A DNA stretch of 64,000 nucleotides from an uncultured Acidimicrobiales bacterium (GTDB taxonomy: Bacteria > Actinomycetota > Acidimicrobiia > Acidimicrobiales > UBA10347): assembly GCA_943788915.1 (NCBI GenBank), contig CALSSD010000003.1:74663-138662 (forward strand). The letters run 5' to 3'. The translations under genes were made by a program, and so were the position numbers. Shown here piece by piece: positions 29,256-39,974 of this stretch; position 1 is the stretch's first letter, and each line of letters opens with the position of its first letter. The notes below the pieces were generated by a model. That model searched no databases and had not been told where the DNA came from. It worked only from the letters and a program-made list of their open reading frames with translations.

Positions 29256-31265
29256 GTGTCAACACAATCCCGCCTTCACACACATCGCACCAGCCGGCCC
29301 CTTTTGCCGTACATACCCGGGCTCGATGGGTTGCGCGCCATTGCCGTGGTTGCGGTGCTGCTCTACCACGGTCAAGACCTGACCGGCATCCCAGCATTCC
29401 TCAAACCTCAGGGTGGGTTCCTGGGCGTCGAGATGTTCTTTGTCATCTCTGGCTTCCTCATCACTGCACTGTTAGTTCGTGAACAACAAGCCACTGAACG
29501 CATCGACCTACAAGGTTTCTGGATTCGTCGAGCCCGACGACTTTTGCCTGCGCTGTACCTCTTCTTGCTAGGCACGATTGCGCTCGCTGCGCTTTTTGCG
29601 ACCGATGCGTTCGACAAGGTTCGGACCGAAATCTTTGGTGCGCTTTTCTACGTCAGCAACTGGCAGCTGATCGCAACCGACGAGTCCTACTTCGAAACTG
29701 CGGGCCGGCCGTCGTTGTTCCGCCATTTGTGGTCACTCGCTATCGAGGAGCAGTTCTACCTTGTCTGGCCGCTAATAGTTCTGGTTGGGCTTCGTTATGG
29801 CGGACGACGAGCGCTGTTGGCCCTCACCCTCGCTGGCGTGGCGGCCTCGACCGCGTTGTTGTGGTGGCTCTTCGACGGCATTGACCAGTACGGCGATGTC
29901 ACCACCGTTTACTTCCGCACCGACGCCCGCGCCGCCGCACTTCTGCTGGGATCCGCCCTGGCGTTGGTCTGGCAGCCATCGGCCAACGACACCGGGTGGA
30001 TGCCAACAGGCATCAGCTGTTGGATAGTCGATGCCACTGGTGCGGCAGCACTCGCACTCGTCGTGCTGATGAATTACTCGTTCACCGACCGAGTTATCGA
30101 GTGGGCCGCCTATACCCGGCTGTATCACGGCGGATTCTTGGCGTTGTCTGTCTCAACGGCCATCGTGATCGCAGCGGTGTCTGTGCCCAACAGCCGACTC
30201 GGGTCGGTGCTGGGCAACCCGGTCATGCGATGGATCGGCATGCGATCCTACGGCATCTACTTGTGGCATTGGCCCGTGTTCCAACTCACCCGACCGCGCG
30301 TCGATGTCGATATCGACGGTTACCCGCTGCTACTTATCCGGCTCGCAATCACCATGGGTCTTGTCGAACTTTCGTACCGACTTATCGAGTTGCCGATCCG
30401 CGAACGCCGGTTCTGGAGCGCTGCGTTGGCGACAATCCGCACCCCCCGGGGCATCGGGTTCGCTACAGCAGGCGCACTCGGGCTCATTATGGCGACAACC
30501 GCCGTGGCCGTTGCAATCCCTACGATCGATCGCTCACCCGTCACTCAGGTAGCCGCCAAACTCGACGTCACCAACACCGCTCGTGGTGTCGATCTAGCTG
30601 CGCCCGCTGCGGTGACGACCCCTGTAGTCACACCAGCACCAGCACCCACACCGACGGTTTCCGCCCGGGCCGCCGCACTCATCGCCGGCGACTTCGACCC
30701 GCTCGACCTCATCCAGCCGACACCGGTGCCGACACCGACCCAGCCGCCTTTGCCACCCCCGCCGCCGCTTAGTGCCCCGTTCGACATCACTGCATCCCAG
30801 ATCCACATTGTGGGCGACTCGGTGGTCGAGGGTGCACAGAGCCAGCTGTATCGAATCGCTCCCCAGGTCACGGTCGATGGTCGCATCGGCCGCCAATGGT
30901 GGGAGCTCGAAGCAGAAATTCGGGCCATGCGCGCGCAGGGCCTCGCCAACGATGTCGTCGTCATCCAGCTCGGGAACAACGGCAACTTCACGACACCGAT
31001 GTTTGATGGCGTGATGAACTCACTTGCTGGCACCCGGCTCGTGTTGTTCGTAAACGTGCATGCTCCCGTCGTCTGGGAAAGCGAGGTCAACGCGATGTTG
31101 GTCCGCAATGTCAATCGGTATGCCGAAAACGCCCGGCTGATCGATTGGTACACAGCGTCGACGCCCCATCCGGAATATTTCATCGACGACGGCACCCATT
31201 TGCAGGGGCCGGGGATGGTGGCGTTCCGTTACCTGATCGAGAACGCCTTGCTCTCGCTCAGTTAG
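29256..31265 (+). CDS. OatA-like O-acyltransferase (AT3 domain, Pro/Thr linker, SGNH domain)
   Basis: LDGLRAIAV, GVEMFFVISGFLIT, RRARRL, HLWSLAIEEQFY, SYGIYLWHWP; GDSV, LGNN, DGTH. Confidence 0.92.
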   Translation: MSTQSRLHTHRTSRPLLPYIPGLDGLRAIAVVAVLLYHGQDLTGIPAFLKPQGGFLGVEMFFVISGFLITALLVREQQATERIDLQGFWIRRARRLLPALYLFLLGTIALAALFATDAFDKVRTEIFGALFYVSNWQLIATDESYFETAGRPSLFRHLWSLAIEEQFYLVWPLIVLVGLRYGGRRALLALTLAGVAASTALLWWLFDGIDQYGDVTTVYFRTDARAAALLLGSALALVWQPSANDTGWMPTGISCWIVDATGAAALALVVLMNYSFTDRVIEWAAYTRLYHGGFLALSVSTAIVIAAVSVPNSRLGSVLGNPVMRWIGMRSYGIYLWHWPVFQLTRPRVDVDIDGYPLLLIRLAITMGLVELSYRLIELPIRERRFWSAALATIRTPRGIGFATAGALGLIMATTAVAVAIPTIDRSPVTQVAAKLDVTNTARGVDLAAPAAVTTPVVTPAPAPTPTVSARAAALIAGDFDPLDLIQPTPVPTPTQPPLPPPPPLSAPFDITASQIHIVGDSVVEGAQSQLYRIAPQVTVDGRIGRQWWELEAEIRAMRAQGLANDVVVIQLGNNGNFTTPMFDGVMNSLAGTRLVLFVNVHAPVVWESEVNAMLVRNVNRYAENARLIDWYTASTPHPEYFIDDGTHLQGPGMVAFRYLIENALLSLS

Positions 31266-31269
31266 CCCA

Positions 31270-31298
31270 GGCTGAAGTCTCCGACTTCATGTCAGCCT
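31270..31298 (+). terminator. Hairpin after the acyltransferase stop
   Basis: AGGCTGA...TCAGCCT enclosing GAAGTC-tcc-GACTTC. Confidence 0.4.
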
Positions 31299-31366
31299 GA
31301 ACCCCGAAATTGCCGGTGCCCTGAAATTGCCAGGGCATGTGCGGCATGCGCCAATAGAGTTCGCGT

Positions 31367-32296
31367 ATGACTCATCCCTTTAGGTTCAGCGCTTCACTTG
31401 GTGGACTCGACACGGCCGACCTGGTGACCAATGCACGACGAGCCGAGGAACTCGGGTACTCCGCGGTCACACTCCCCGACCACTTCGACAACCAGCCTGC
31501 GCCGCTGATTGGGTTGACGGCCGCGGCCATGGCCACGACAACTCTGCGGGTGCTCCCGCTGGTGTTGGCCAACGACTATCGAGAGCCGCTGGTGTTGGCC
31601 AAGGAACTCGCGAGCCTCGACGTTCTCTCTGGCGGTCGACTGGATTTTGGCATCGGAGCGGGGTGGATGCTCACCGACTACGAGCAGGCCGGTATTGGTT
31701 ATGACACCCCTGGAACCCGAATCCGGCGTCTATCAGAGTCGGTTGACATCTTACGGGCGCTGTTGAACGGGACCGAAGTGCCCGGCAGCGGCGAGTTCTA
31801 CAACATCGCGGGGCCACTCGCCTCTCCATTACCGGTGCAACCCGGCGGGATTCCGCTCATGTTGGCAGGCGGCAAACAGAAGATGCTGACCCTGGCCGGC
31901 GAAAAGGCCGACATTGTCGGCATCAATCCTGGGTTAACCGCCGGCGTCATCGACGAACGAGCAGGACGCACCGCCACCGCGGAAAAGACCGACGAGAAAT
32001 TGACATGGATTCGTGATGGAGCAGGTGACCGCTTCGACTCCATCGAACTACAAACCCGCATACACCTGGCTCTGATCACCGACAGCCGCGAGCAAGTAGC
32101 TGCGGAAATGGCCCCGCTTCTTGGGATCAGTCCCGAAGACGCACTTGCTTCGCCACACGCACTCGTAGGCACCGTCCAGCAGTGCATCGACGAGGTTCAG
32201 CGGTGGCGAGAACGGTGGGGAGTCAGTTTTGTGTCTATCAACGGTGCTGACATGGAACACTTTGCGCCCATTGTCGAAGCACTGGCTGGCAACTAG
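31367..32296 (+). CDS. LLM class F420-dependent oxidoreductase (TIGR03621-like)
   Basis: PFRF, ARRAEELGY..PDH, VLANDYREP..LAKELASLDVLSGGRL.FGIGAGW, PVQ, RWRERWG. Confidence 0.9.
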   Translation: MTHPFRFSASLGGLDTADLVTNARRAEELGYSAVTLPDHFDNQPAPLIGLTAAAMATTTLRVLPLVLANDYREPLVLAKELASLDVLSGGRLDFGIGAGWMLTDYEQAGIGYDTPGTRIRRLSESVDILRALLNGTEVPGSGEFYNIAGPLASPLPVQPGGIPLMLAGGKQKMLTLAGEKADIVGINPGLTAGVIDERAGRTATAEKTDEKLTWIRDGAGDRFDSIELQTRIHLALITDSREQVAAEMAPLLGISPEDALASPHALVGTVQQCIDEVQRWRERWGVSFVSINGADMEHFAPIVEALAGN

Positions 32297-32757
32297 TCAA
32301 TTCTTGTCCCCTACCTGGGCACGAGTTGTCGGTCGCCTGTTTGAGCAGTCGGCACCACTATCGAGGTCACGGTGCCGACGTCGTTCAATGTGGAGCCCAG
32401 GCCCGGCGCCACATGGCTGTCCCACGCTGCCGCCGTATCTCGCAATGATGAGCAGGCCTTCGGGCCAAGCGAATACTCGAACCATCGGGCAGACGGCGTG
32501 TTTCAACTGCCCGCTCCGAGAGTTCAAACCGGGTCGTCCACCACGTTGGGGTGCACCCAGATGGGGCCAGCGATATGCGCTGTTTCAACTGGCGGGATAT
32601 CGTCTAGCGAAACAGGTTTCGCGAAAGCGAGATCTCATGGCACCATTGGTGTCCCCAGATACACGTTGCGCCAACCGGTGCATCGTCGAAGCCAACGAGA
32701 CCACGGACACAGCGACTGCCGCTGAGCTCCACCAGCGGCGAGAAGGCCGCATCTATT
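32297..32757 (+). ncRNA. Candidate structured RNA or long leader upstream of the S1-like gene
   Basis: At least six stems, including GGCC-UUCG-GGCC (32455-32466) and a 9-bp G-U-containing stem with a GAAA loop (32614-32635); no convincing CDS. Confidence 0.4.
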
Positions 32758-34406
32758 ATGACTACTTCAGACACTCCAGAACCGACCCCGGCCGACGAGG
32801 TTGCAGCAGCAGCCGAAGCAGCCACTGAACCTACGCCTGCGGCCGACGCACCAGCCGCCGAGACACCAGCCCCCGAACCTGCACCCAGCAGCCGAAGAGG
32901 CAGCCGCCGAACCTGCACCAGCAGCCGAGGACACCCGCACCCGAGGCACCCGCAGCCGAAGAGGCACCGCAGCCGAGCACCCGCACCGAAGAGGCACCCG
33001 AACCGACCCGCAGCCGAAGAGGCAGCAGCCGAATGCACCCGCAGCCGAAGAGGCACCCGCTCCTGGTTCCGTTGATGGTGAACCCGTCGATGAAGTCGAC
33101 CCCGATGCCGGGCTGGGATTGCCTGAGGCCGGCGTAGTCCTCGGCCCACCAAATCTTGGTGGTTTCGAGAGCGGCGAGATCATCACCGGCACGGTTCTTA
33201 CCGTAGCCAAACGAGAAGCAGAGGTCGATCTAGGTGATGGCAAGATTGGCGTTGTTGGCGACCGCCACTGGTCATCTGAAAAACAAGTCGACCTCACCAC
33301 CGTGGTCGCCGTTGGCGACACCGTCGAAGCAGCAGTGCTTGCCCGTGCCGACCTCAAGAAACGCATCACGCTCAGCCGCCTCTGGGCCCAGCAGAAGCGT
33401 GGTTGGGAAGCTGCCGAAGGCGCTGCCAAAGACAAAGGCGATCTGCAGGCAACCGTGACCGAGACGGTCAAGGGCGGCCTTTCGCTTGATGTCAACGGTG
33501 TACGTGCGTTCATGCCCGCATCACTTGTCGATGTGCACACAGTGAACGACCTGAAGCCGTTGATCGGCCAGACCTTTGCGGTACGAGTGATCGAAGCCGA
33601 CCGCACGAAGGCTCGACTCATCGTAAGCCGCAAGGCCGCTATGCGCGCATCGCAGCGCCAACAAGCCAAGACCGCGCTCAGTGGCATCAAAGTCGGTCAG
33701 ACAATGACCGGCAAGGTCGCTCAGATCACCGACTTCGGCGCTTTCGTCGATGTCGCTGATGTCCGCGGTCTAGTCCACAAGTCTGAGATCGGCTGGAGCC
33801 GAGCTCGTGATCCGCAGCGTGAGCTCAAAGTCGGCCAAGAGGTCGAGGTCAAGGTGCTGAAGGTTCAGCCGTCGCGTAACCGCCTCGGCCTGACTATGCG
33901 CACCGAGAACGATCCGCTTCGTTCCATCCGCAAGGGTGAACGCTTCGAAGCAACCGTGACTCGCCTAGCCGACTTCGGTGCATTTGTCGCACTGCCGTCT
34001 GGCGTCGAGGGTCTCGTCCACGTCTCCGAAATGGCCGAATACCGAGTGTTTGCTCCTGAAGAGATCGTGATGCCTGGTGAGAAGGTCTGGGTCAAGGTCC
34101 TGAAGGTCGACAAGAAGCGTCGCACCGTCGACCTCTCGATGTCCCAGGCGGTCGCCCCGGACCCGGCAGAAGAAATCGCTGCCAACGAGGCAGCTGCAGC
34201 AGCGGCCGAGGCTCGGGCCGAAGAAGCTGCTAAGAGAAGCAGAAGCAGCCGCCGAAGCAGACGTAGCCGAAGCACCCGCCGAGGCTACTGAGGCTGCTGA
34301 AACACCCGCCGAGGCCCAAGCTCCTGCTGAAGTAGAAGCACCTGTGGCCGACGACGACAACGCCGAAGACGCTGCAGAAGAAAGCCCGTCGGCCGAAGAA
34401 GAATAA
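32758..34406 (+). CDS. Divergent ribosomal protein S1-like protein (4 S1 domains) with acidic Ala/Glu/Pro tails; frameshifts in both tails
   Basis: GEIITGTV..EVDLG, VKGGL..GVRAFMPASLVD, TDFGAFVDV..GLVHKSEI, ADFGAFV..GLVHVSEM; ATG 32758 (MTTSDTPEPT) and TAA 34404-34406 are out of frame with core ORF 32801-34291. Confidence 0.85.
32845..33062 (+). repeat. Degenerate 18-bp tandem repeat (GCACCCGCAGCCGAAGAG, APAAEE)
   Basis: Multiple imperfect copies visible, with indels that change frame. Confidence 0.85.
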
Positions 34407-34431
34407 ACCAACACATCTACGACCTGGATCC

Positions 34432-34470
34432 GTGAGCATCAGGACGCGCAGAGCGCGGTCTGATGCTCAC
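34432..34470 (+). terminator. Long hairpin after the S1-like gene, between convergent genes
   Basis: GTGAGCATCAG-ga-CGCGC-aga-GCGCG-gt-CTGATGCTCAC. Confidence 0.6.
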
Positions 34471-34641
34471 AGATGAGGTTTCGCTGGGTTGTTCGCGCCC
34501 TGTGGACACAACTGTTGAGCTGGCTAACGGCACGGCACGAACGAGTTGGCGGCCACAACCTCGCCGGCTGAACGCCGGGTCAACCTCGCGCCGACCGATG
34601 TCGATCACGAGCGAGGCCATATCCCGCGCGAAACGTGTCCC

Positions 34642-35247
34642 TTAGCTGGACGGTGGTGAAGTGCGTCCCAGCAGGGCGAGTAAACGGTCGCTTGGCGAGT
34701 CCGATGCTGGCGCCGTCGGGGCGCCGAAGAAGTCAGTGTCCGCAATTTGCGATGCAACGGGCTGCCAGAACTCAAGCAACCATTCGGCGAAACGATCATC
34801 GATCGACCGAGGACGCCCCGCTGCCACCTGAAGATCCCAGGCATGCACGACATTGTCGGTGATCCGGTACCCAAGCAACTGCCGGCCGTCGACGGCGCCC
34901 ATATCAAGCTCAAACGTCTGCTCAACGATGCCAGGTGCTCGGGCGGCTTCGATTGCTTGTAACGCTGTCCCCCGCCACGCAGCCATTGGGCTGGTGCCCA
35001 ACAGGTCCACGCTGAACTCGTTCTGTGTTGTCGTCGTATCGCCGGACAGCACGGCCGGGAGGTGTGCCTCGCCCAGCACCACATGGGCGACGACTTCTTT
35101 CACGTTCCAATCGGTTGATGGCGTGGGCAAGTCCCACTCATGATCAGCCAGGTCGCGCACCGCGTTACCAAAGAGCGCAAGTGCGTCGACATACAGCTGG
35201 ACGACGTCGACAGGATCGTTGGATTCGCCGGTGGTGTCAGACATCAT
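34642..35247 (-). CDS. TIGR03086 family metal-binding protein (MDMPI-like, DinB superfamily)
   Basis: [36 protein letters not shown] overlap with the guaA stop. Confidence 0.88.
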   Translation of the reverse strand: MMSDTTGESNDPVDVVQLYVDALALFGNAVRDLADHEWDLPTPSTDWNVKEVVAHVVLGEAHLPAVLSGDTTTTQNEFSVDLLGTSPMAAWRGTALQAIEAARAPGIVEQTFELDMGAVDGRQLLGYRITDNVVHAWDLQVAAGRPRSIDDRFAEWLLEFWQPVASQIADTDFFGAPTAPASDSPSDRLLALLGRTSPPSS

Positions 35248-36779
35248 TCCCACTCGATCGTGCCAGGCGGCTTCGACGTAATGTCGTAGGCCACCCGGTT
35301 CACACCGTCGACTTCGTTGATGACCCGGCTCGAGATCGTTTCGAGGACGTCGTACGGGATACGAGCCCAGTCGGCGGTCATCACATCTTCGCTGGTGACC
35401 GCTCGCACGATGATCGGATACCCATAGGTTCGTTCATCGCCCATGACACCGACGGTTCGGATGTCGGGCAACACCGCAAATGACTGGAAGATCTCTCGTT
35501 CGAGTCCGGCGTCGCGCAGAACCTCGCGCACGACATGGTCGGCTTCTTGCAACACCGCGACCTTGTCAGGAGTGACCTCGCCAATAATTCGCACGCCAAG
35601 TCCGGGGCCCGGGAATGGCTGACGCCACACGACCTCGTCGGGCAGACCGAGTTCGGCGCCGACCTTACGAACTTCGTCCTTGAACAATGAACGCAACGGC
35701 TCAACCAGGTCGAACTCCATGTCGTCGGGAAGTCCCCCAACATTGTGATGGCTCTTGATAGTGGAACCGTGTTTGCTGCCCGACTCGATCACATCGGGAT
35801 ACAACGTGCCTTGCACCAAGAAGTCGGCGTCTTCGATGCCACCCTTGGCTTTCTCGAAGACCCGGATGAAGGTCTCGCCGATGGCCTTGCGTTTGGCCTC
35901 AGGTTCAGTGAGGCCAGCAAGCTTTTCGAAGAACTCGGCGGCGGCCCGCACATGGATCAGCTCGATGCCCTGTGTCTTCTGGAACGTCTCGACGACCTGT
36001 TCGCTCTCGTTCTTGCGCATGAGCCCGGTGTCCACGTACACGCAGGTGAGCTGCGATCCGATGGCCCTATGTACCAGCGCTGCAGCGACGGCAGAGTCGA
36101 CGCCACCGGACAGGCCACAGATAGCTCGGCCGGTGCCAACCTGGGCCCGAATGGCTTCGACCTGTTCGTCGATGATGTTGGCCATCGTCCATGACCGATC
36201 GACCCCTGCATCGTCGAGCCAGCGTTCGATGACCGACTGGCCATGTTCGGTGTGTGAGACCTCGGGGTGGTACTGGACGCCGCAGATGTGGTCACTCTCG
36301 AAAGCGGCGACGGGGGCATGTGCGGTCGATGCGGTGGCCGTGAAACCGTCGGGGATCTCACTGATGCAGTCAAAGTGACTCATCCACACCGATTGCTCAG
36401 CGGGCTGGTCGATGAGCAGGCGACCATGGTCGTTCACGGTGAGGTCGGTGCGACCGTATTCGCCGGCTTCGTAACGGCTGACCGTGCCACCAAGCTGTTT
36501 AGCGATCAGCTGAGCGCCGTAACAGATACCCAGGATTGGTATCCCGAGCTCGTAGATATCAGGGTCAACAGCTGGGGCACCTTCGATGTTTACTGACGCT
36601 GGCCCGCCACTGAAAATAATGGCAGCTGGTTCGAGCGCTGCGAACTCGGCCGCGGTGAGATCGTTCGACACGATCTCGCTATACGCCCGTGCTTCGCGGA
36701 CACGACGGGCAATGAGTTGGGCGTACTGCGCTCCGAAATCGACAACGAGAACAGCACCGGTTCCTACATGATCAGACAT
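35244..36779 (-). CDS. guaA: GMP synthase (glutamine-hydrolysing)
   Basis: [61 protein letters not shown]. Confidence 0.99.
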   Translation of the reverse strand: MSDHVGTGAVLVVDFGAQYAQLIARRVREARAYSEIVSNDLTAAEFAALEPAAIIFSGGPASVNIEGAPAVDPDIYELGIPILGICYGAQLIAKQLGGTVSRYEAGEYGRTDLTVNDHGRLLIDQPAEQSVWMSHFDCISEIPDGFTATASTAHAPVAAFESDHICGVQYHPEVSHTEHGQSVIERWLDDAGVDRSWTMANIIDEQVEAIRAQVGTGRAICGLSGGVDSAVAAALVHRAIGSQLTCVYVDTGLMRKNESEQVVETFQKTQGIELIHVRAAAEFFEKLAGLTEPEAKRKAIGETFIRVFEKAKGGIEDADFLVQGTLYPDVIESGSKHGSTIKSHHNVGGLPDDMEFDLVEPLRSLFKDEVRKVGAELGLPDEVVWRQPFPGPGLGVRIIGEVTPDKVAVLQEADHVVREVLRDAGLEREIFQSFAVLPDIRTVGVMGDERTYGYPIIVRAVTSEDVMTADWARIPYDVLETISSRVINEVDGVNRVAYDITSKPPGTIEWE

Positions 36780-36798
36780 AGTCGTGAATCAGGTCGCG

Positions 36799-37962
36799 TT
36801 AGCGGCCCATACCGACAGCTTGAGCCTTTTGCAGGCTCTTACCTTCGGTTTGTAGCGCAGGTGCAACCATAAGTTCGGCCTTTTGGAACTCTTTGAGCGT
36901 GAGGTGACCAGTGGTTGCCATCGAGGTGCGCAAACCCCCCATGAGATTGACTCGGCCATCGTTCTCACGAGCAGGGCCCGTCAGGATTTCTTCAAGAGAG
37001 CCCCGAATCGAAGTCTGCACTCGAGCGCCACGTGGCAACGTGGGGTGGAAGGTAGCCATGCCCCAGTGGTAGCCGCGACCTGGCGCCTCTTCGGCTGCTG
37101 CCAACGGTGAGCCGATCATGACGGCATCGGCACCGCACACGATGGCCTTGGCGATGTCGCCGCCGGTTGCCATGCCGCCATCGGCAATGACGTGAGCGTA
37201 AACGCCGGTCTCGTCGAGGTGTCGCATACGGGCTGCGCGTGCATCGGCGATCGCCGTTGCTTGGGGTACGCCAATACCGAGAACCCCACGGGTAGTGCAG
37301 GCATGGCCGGGGCCAACACCTACGAGTACGCCAGCGGCGCCGGCACGCATCAGGTGAAGCGCAGCTTCGTAACTCGCACAACCGCCAACGATGGCCGGGA
37401 TTGGCAGCTCGCGGATTACCTTCTTGAGATCGAGTGCTTCGTGGTTCTTCGACTTGTGTTCGGCGGTCACCACAGTGCCCTGGATGACAAGGATGTCGAG
37501 CTCTGCCTTGAGGACTTCGTCGAGATACATGGTGGTTCGCTGTGGCGTGAGCGAGGCAGCGGCCACAACACCGGCTGATTTGATCTCGCGAATGCGTTGG
37601 CCAATGAGCTCAGGTTTGATTGGCTCGAGATAGATCTCCTGCATGCGCAGGGTGGCCTTCTCGGGCGGCAGCGAGGCGATCTCGTTGAATATCGCTTCGG
37701 TGTCTTCGTAACGAGTCCACAGGCCTTCGAGGTTAAGTACCGCAAGGCCACCGAGTTTGCCGATGGCAACTGCGGTGTCGGGGCTGACCACACCGTCCAT
37801 GGCCGACGCCATAACAGGAAGGTCAAAACGGTAGGCGTCGATCTCCCATGTCAGGTCGACATCCTCGGGATCCCGGGTGCGCCGACTCGGCACAATTGCG
37901 ACGTCGTCAAACCCGTAGGCTCGACGACCGGACTTACCCAAACCAATGTCGATTTGCACCAT
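36799..37962 (-). CDS. guaB3: GuaB3 family IMP dehydrogenase
   Basis: IGLGKSGRRAYGFDDVAIVPSRRTRDP, LNLEGLWTRY, GVGPGHACTTR (catalytic Cys), IADGG, HWGMA; no CBS domains. Confidence 0.93.
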   Translation of the reverse strand: MVQIDIGLGKSGRRAYGFDDVAIVPSRRTRDPEDVDLTWEIDAYRFDLPVMASAMDGVVSPDTAVAIGKLGGLAVLNLEGLWTRYEDTEAIFNEIASLPPEKATLRMQEIYLEPIKPELIGQRIREIKSAGVVAAASLTPQRTTMYLDEVLKAELDILVIQGTVVTAEHKSKNHEALDLKKVIRELPIPAIVGGCASYEAALHLMRAGAAGVLVGVGPGHACTTRGVLGIGVPQATAIADARAARMRHLDETGVYAHVIADGGMATGGDIAKAIVCGADAVMIGSPLAAAEEAPGRGYHWGMATFHPTLPRGARVQTSIRGSLEEILTGPARENDGRVNLMGGLRTSMATTGHLTLKEFQKAELMVAPALQTEGKSLQKAQAVGMGR

Positions 37963-38202
37963 GGAAGATCACCTATTCGACTGCTAAAGAATGACTCTAT
38001 ACACAGGGCTTCCAGCCAGGCGTGGATCAACGATGTAGACCTTGTCACGCGGGACAACATCAGGATGCATGTCCCCCACACGCCACTCTGACCACATGTA
38101 CCTGTGGTTTCGCACCCGCAGAGTCGAAAGAATCACCGACTACTGGTCGACGAGATTGTCCCGGCATGACCCGGCAGCGCTCGCCCAGATACGATCGAAT
38201 CC

Positions 38203-39111
38203 ATGGATAAGGCAATTGCGGTCGAACCCGAATGTTGGCGAAAGACCAAGCTGGTGGCAGCAGTCGAAGCCGCCGGCATGCCCGTAGTTCCTGCCTCCGA
38301 GGCGACGGCGCTGATCTGGGCTGACCCGCAGAACCCTGAGGCATTCCCCGAGTTACTGCACGACGAGATGGATTGGGTGCAACTCCCGTACGCAGGGATC
38401 GGACCTTTCCTCCACATGCTTGACAACGACCGACTGTGGACCTGCGGCAAGGGTGTCTACGCCCAACCGGTCGCCGAAGCGGCGCTTGGCATGCTGCTTG
38501 CTGGCTTCCGTCATCTCGCTGGGTATGCACGCGAAACCACATGGGCTGCGCCAGTCGGCCAGAATCTGCACGGAGCAAACGTCGTCATCCTGGGCGGCGG
38601 CGGCATCACCGAAGAACTCATGCCGTTGCTCGCTCCATTCGGCTGCCATGTCACCGTGCTTCGCCGCACCGACGCGGCATTCCCCGAAGCGGATGCGACC
38701 CGTACGTTGGCCGAACTCCACCAGGTACTTCCCCACGCCGACGCGGTCATTCTCGCTCTGTCGCTTACACCCGAAACCCAAGGTGTCATCGGCCGGGCTG
38801 AGCTAGCGCTCATGAAAGACACTGCGTGGATCATCAATGTCGCCCGTGGCGGCCACATCGACCACAGCGCGCTCGTCGCAGCGCTCGAATCACGGTCAAT
38901 CGGTGGCGCTGCGCTTGATGTGACCGAACCCGAACCGCTGCCGGACGGACACCCGTTCTGGACCTTGCCGAACTGCCTGATCACACCTCACGTAGCCAAC
39001 ACACCCGAGATGGGCTTGGAGTTGTTGGCGAAACGGGTCACACAGAATGTTGAGCGGTATCTCGCCGGTCAGGAACTGCTTGGCCCGGTTGACACCCACG
39101 CTGGCTACTGA
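38203..39111 (+). CDS. D-isomer-specific 2-hydroxyacid dehydrogenase family protein
   Basis: WVQLPYAG, VAEAA, GGGGI, INVARG, LDVTEPEPLP, ITPHVA. Confidence 0.92.
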   Translation: MDKAIAVEPECWRKTKLVAAVEAAGMPVVPASEATALIWADPQNPEAFPELLHDEMDWVQLPYAGIGPFLHMLDNDRLWTCGKGVYAQPVAEAALGMLLAGFRHLAGYARETTWAAPVGQNLHGANVVILGGGGITEELMPLLAPFGCHVTVLRRTDAAFPEADATRTLAELHQVLPHADAVILALSLTPETQGVIGRAELALMKDTAWIINVARGGHIDHSALVAALESRSIGGAALDVTEPEPLPDGHPFWTLPNCLITPHVANTPEMGLELLAKRVTQNVERYLAGQELLGPVDTHAGY

Positions 39112-39129
39112 AGTCTCTAGAGTTGTTGT

Positions 39130-39960
39130 ATGCATTGGGTGGGCCAGCTGTGGTGGAAGGCAATCATCGGGATAGCCGTGGCCACTGTCGTCTCGGCGTG
39201 TGTTGTTGACACGCCAAGCATCAACACCACCCAGGCCCCTGTCGCACCAACCGCAATCGTGCAACCAACCGTGGCTCCCCGGTTTGAGCCGACACTGCCT
39301 GCTGTTTCTCCGACCTCGGCCCCGTTAACCACGCCTACATCTGGAGCTACACCGGCACCTACTGCGGAGGCCACCGCCTTACCTGCGCCCACGACTGTGC
39401 CGGTTCCAGCGGGGCCACCGCCGCTACCTACCAGCGCCCCTGAGGCAGAGTTCCAGCCAGTAACGGTAGGGCCCGGACTTGTTGCGATCCCGGTTCAGGG
39501 CGCTCGTTTCAGGCTGGCCGAGGCGCACCCGGTGCTCCAACTCGGCGGACACACCCTCATCTACGTCGACGACGAACGTAACGCCGAAGTCGACATCTTC
39601 ACGCCGATGGCTGAAGCCGACGGCACTGCCATCGGCTCCTACGGCGACCTCATCACGTACCTCAGTTCCGATGCGGTCTTTGCCAATCTGTTGGAACTCG
39701 ATGCAGTCTCGATTGCCGGATTCCCGACTCGGGTGTTCGAGGGAACCGCCGAGAGCCCAGATCGGGCGTTTATCACCGAAATCGCCGCAGCAAGCAATGA
39801 CCAACTCGGCTGGTTCCCGCCAGCCCGCATGCGGCTCTGGGTCATCGACCATCCCAGCGGCGCGGTCATCATCTCGGCTGAGAGCCTTGAGAACCCTGGT
39901 CGGTACAGCGATGCCGTGCGCCTAGCAACCGAGGTCCTGAGCACCATCGAGTTCGGCTGA
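39130..39960 (+). CDS. Putative lipoprotein with a Pro/Thr-rich linker
   Basis: KAIIGIAVATVVSAC lipobox, PT-rich stretch, globular C-terminal domain. Confidence 0.7.
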   Translation: MHWVGQLWWKAIIGIAVATVVSACVVDTPSINTTQAPVAPTAIVQPTVAPRFEPTLPAVSPTSAPLTTPTSGATPAPTAEATALPAPTTVPVPAGPPPLPTSAPEAEFQPVTVGPGLVAIPVQGARFRLAEAHPVLQLGGHTLIYVDDERNAEVDIFTPMAEADGTAIGSYGDLITYLSSDAVFANLLELDAVSIAGFPTRVFEGTAESPDRAFITEIAAASNDQLGWFPPARMRLWVIDHPSGAVIISAESLENPGRYSDAVRLATEVLSTIEFG

Positions 39961-39974
39961 CGTCCGGCTGGTTC

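Noticed and set aside
32499..32591. GTTTCAAC repeats as a CRISPR array
   Set aside because: Only two 11-bp copies 82 bp apart, no full-length repeat and no cas genes
32845..33062. Tandem repeats as CRISPR or a mobile element
   Set aside because: Contiguous coding repeats (APAAEE) without unique spacers
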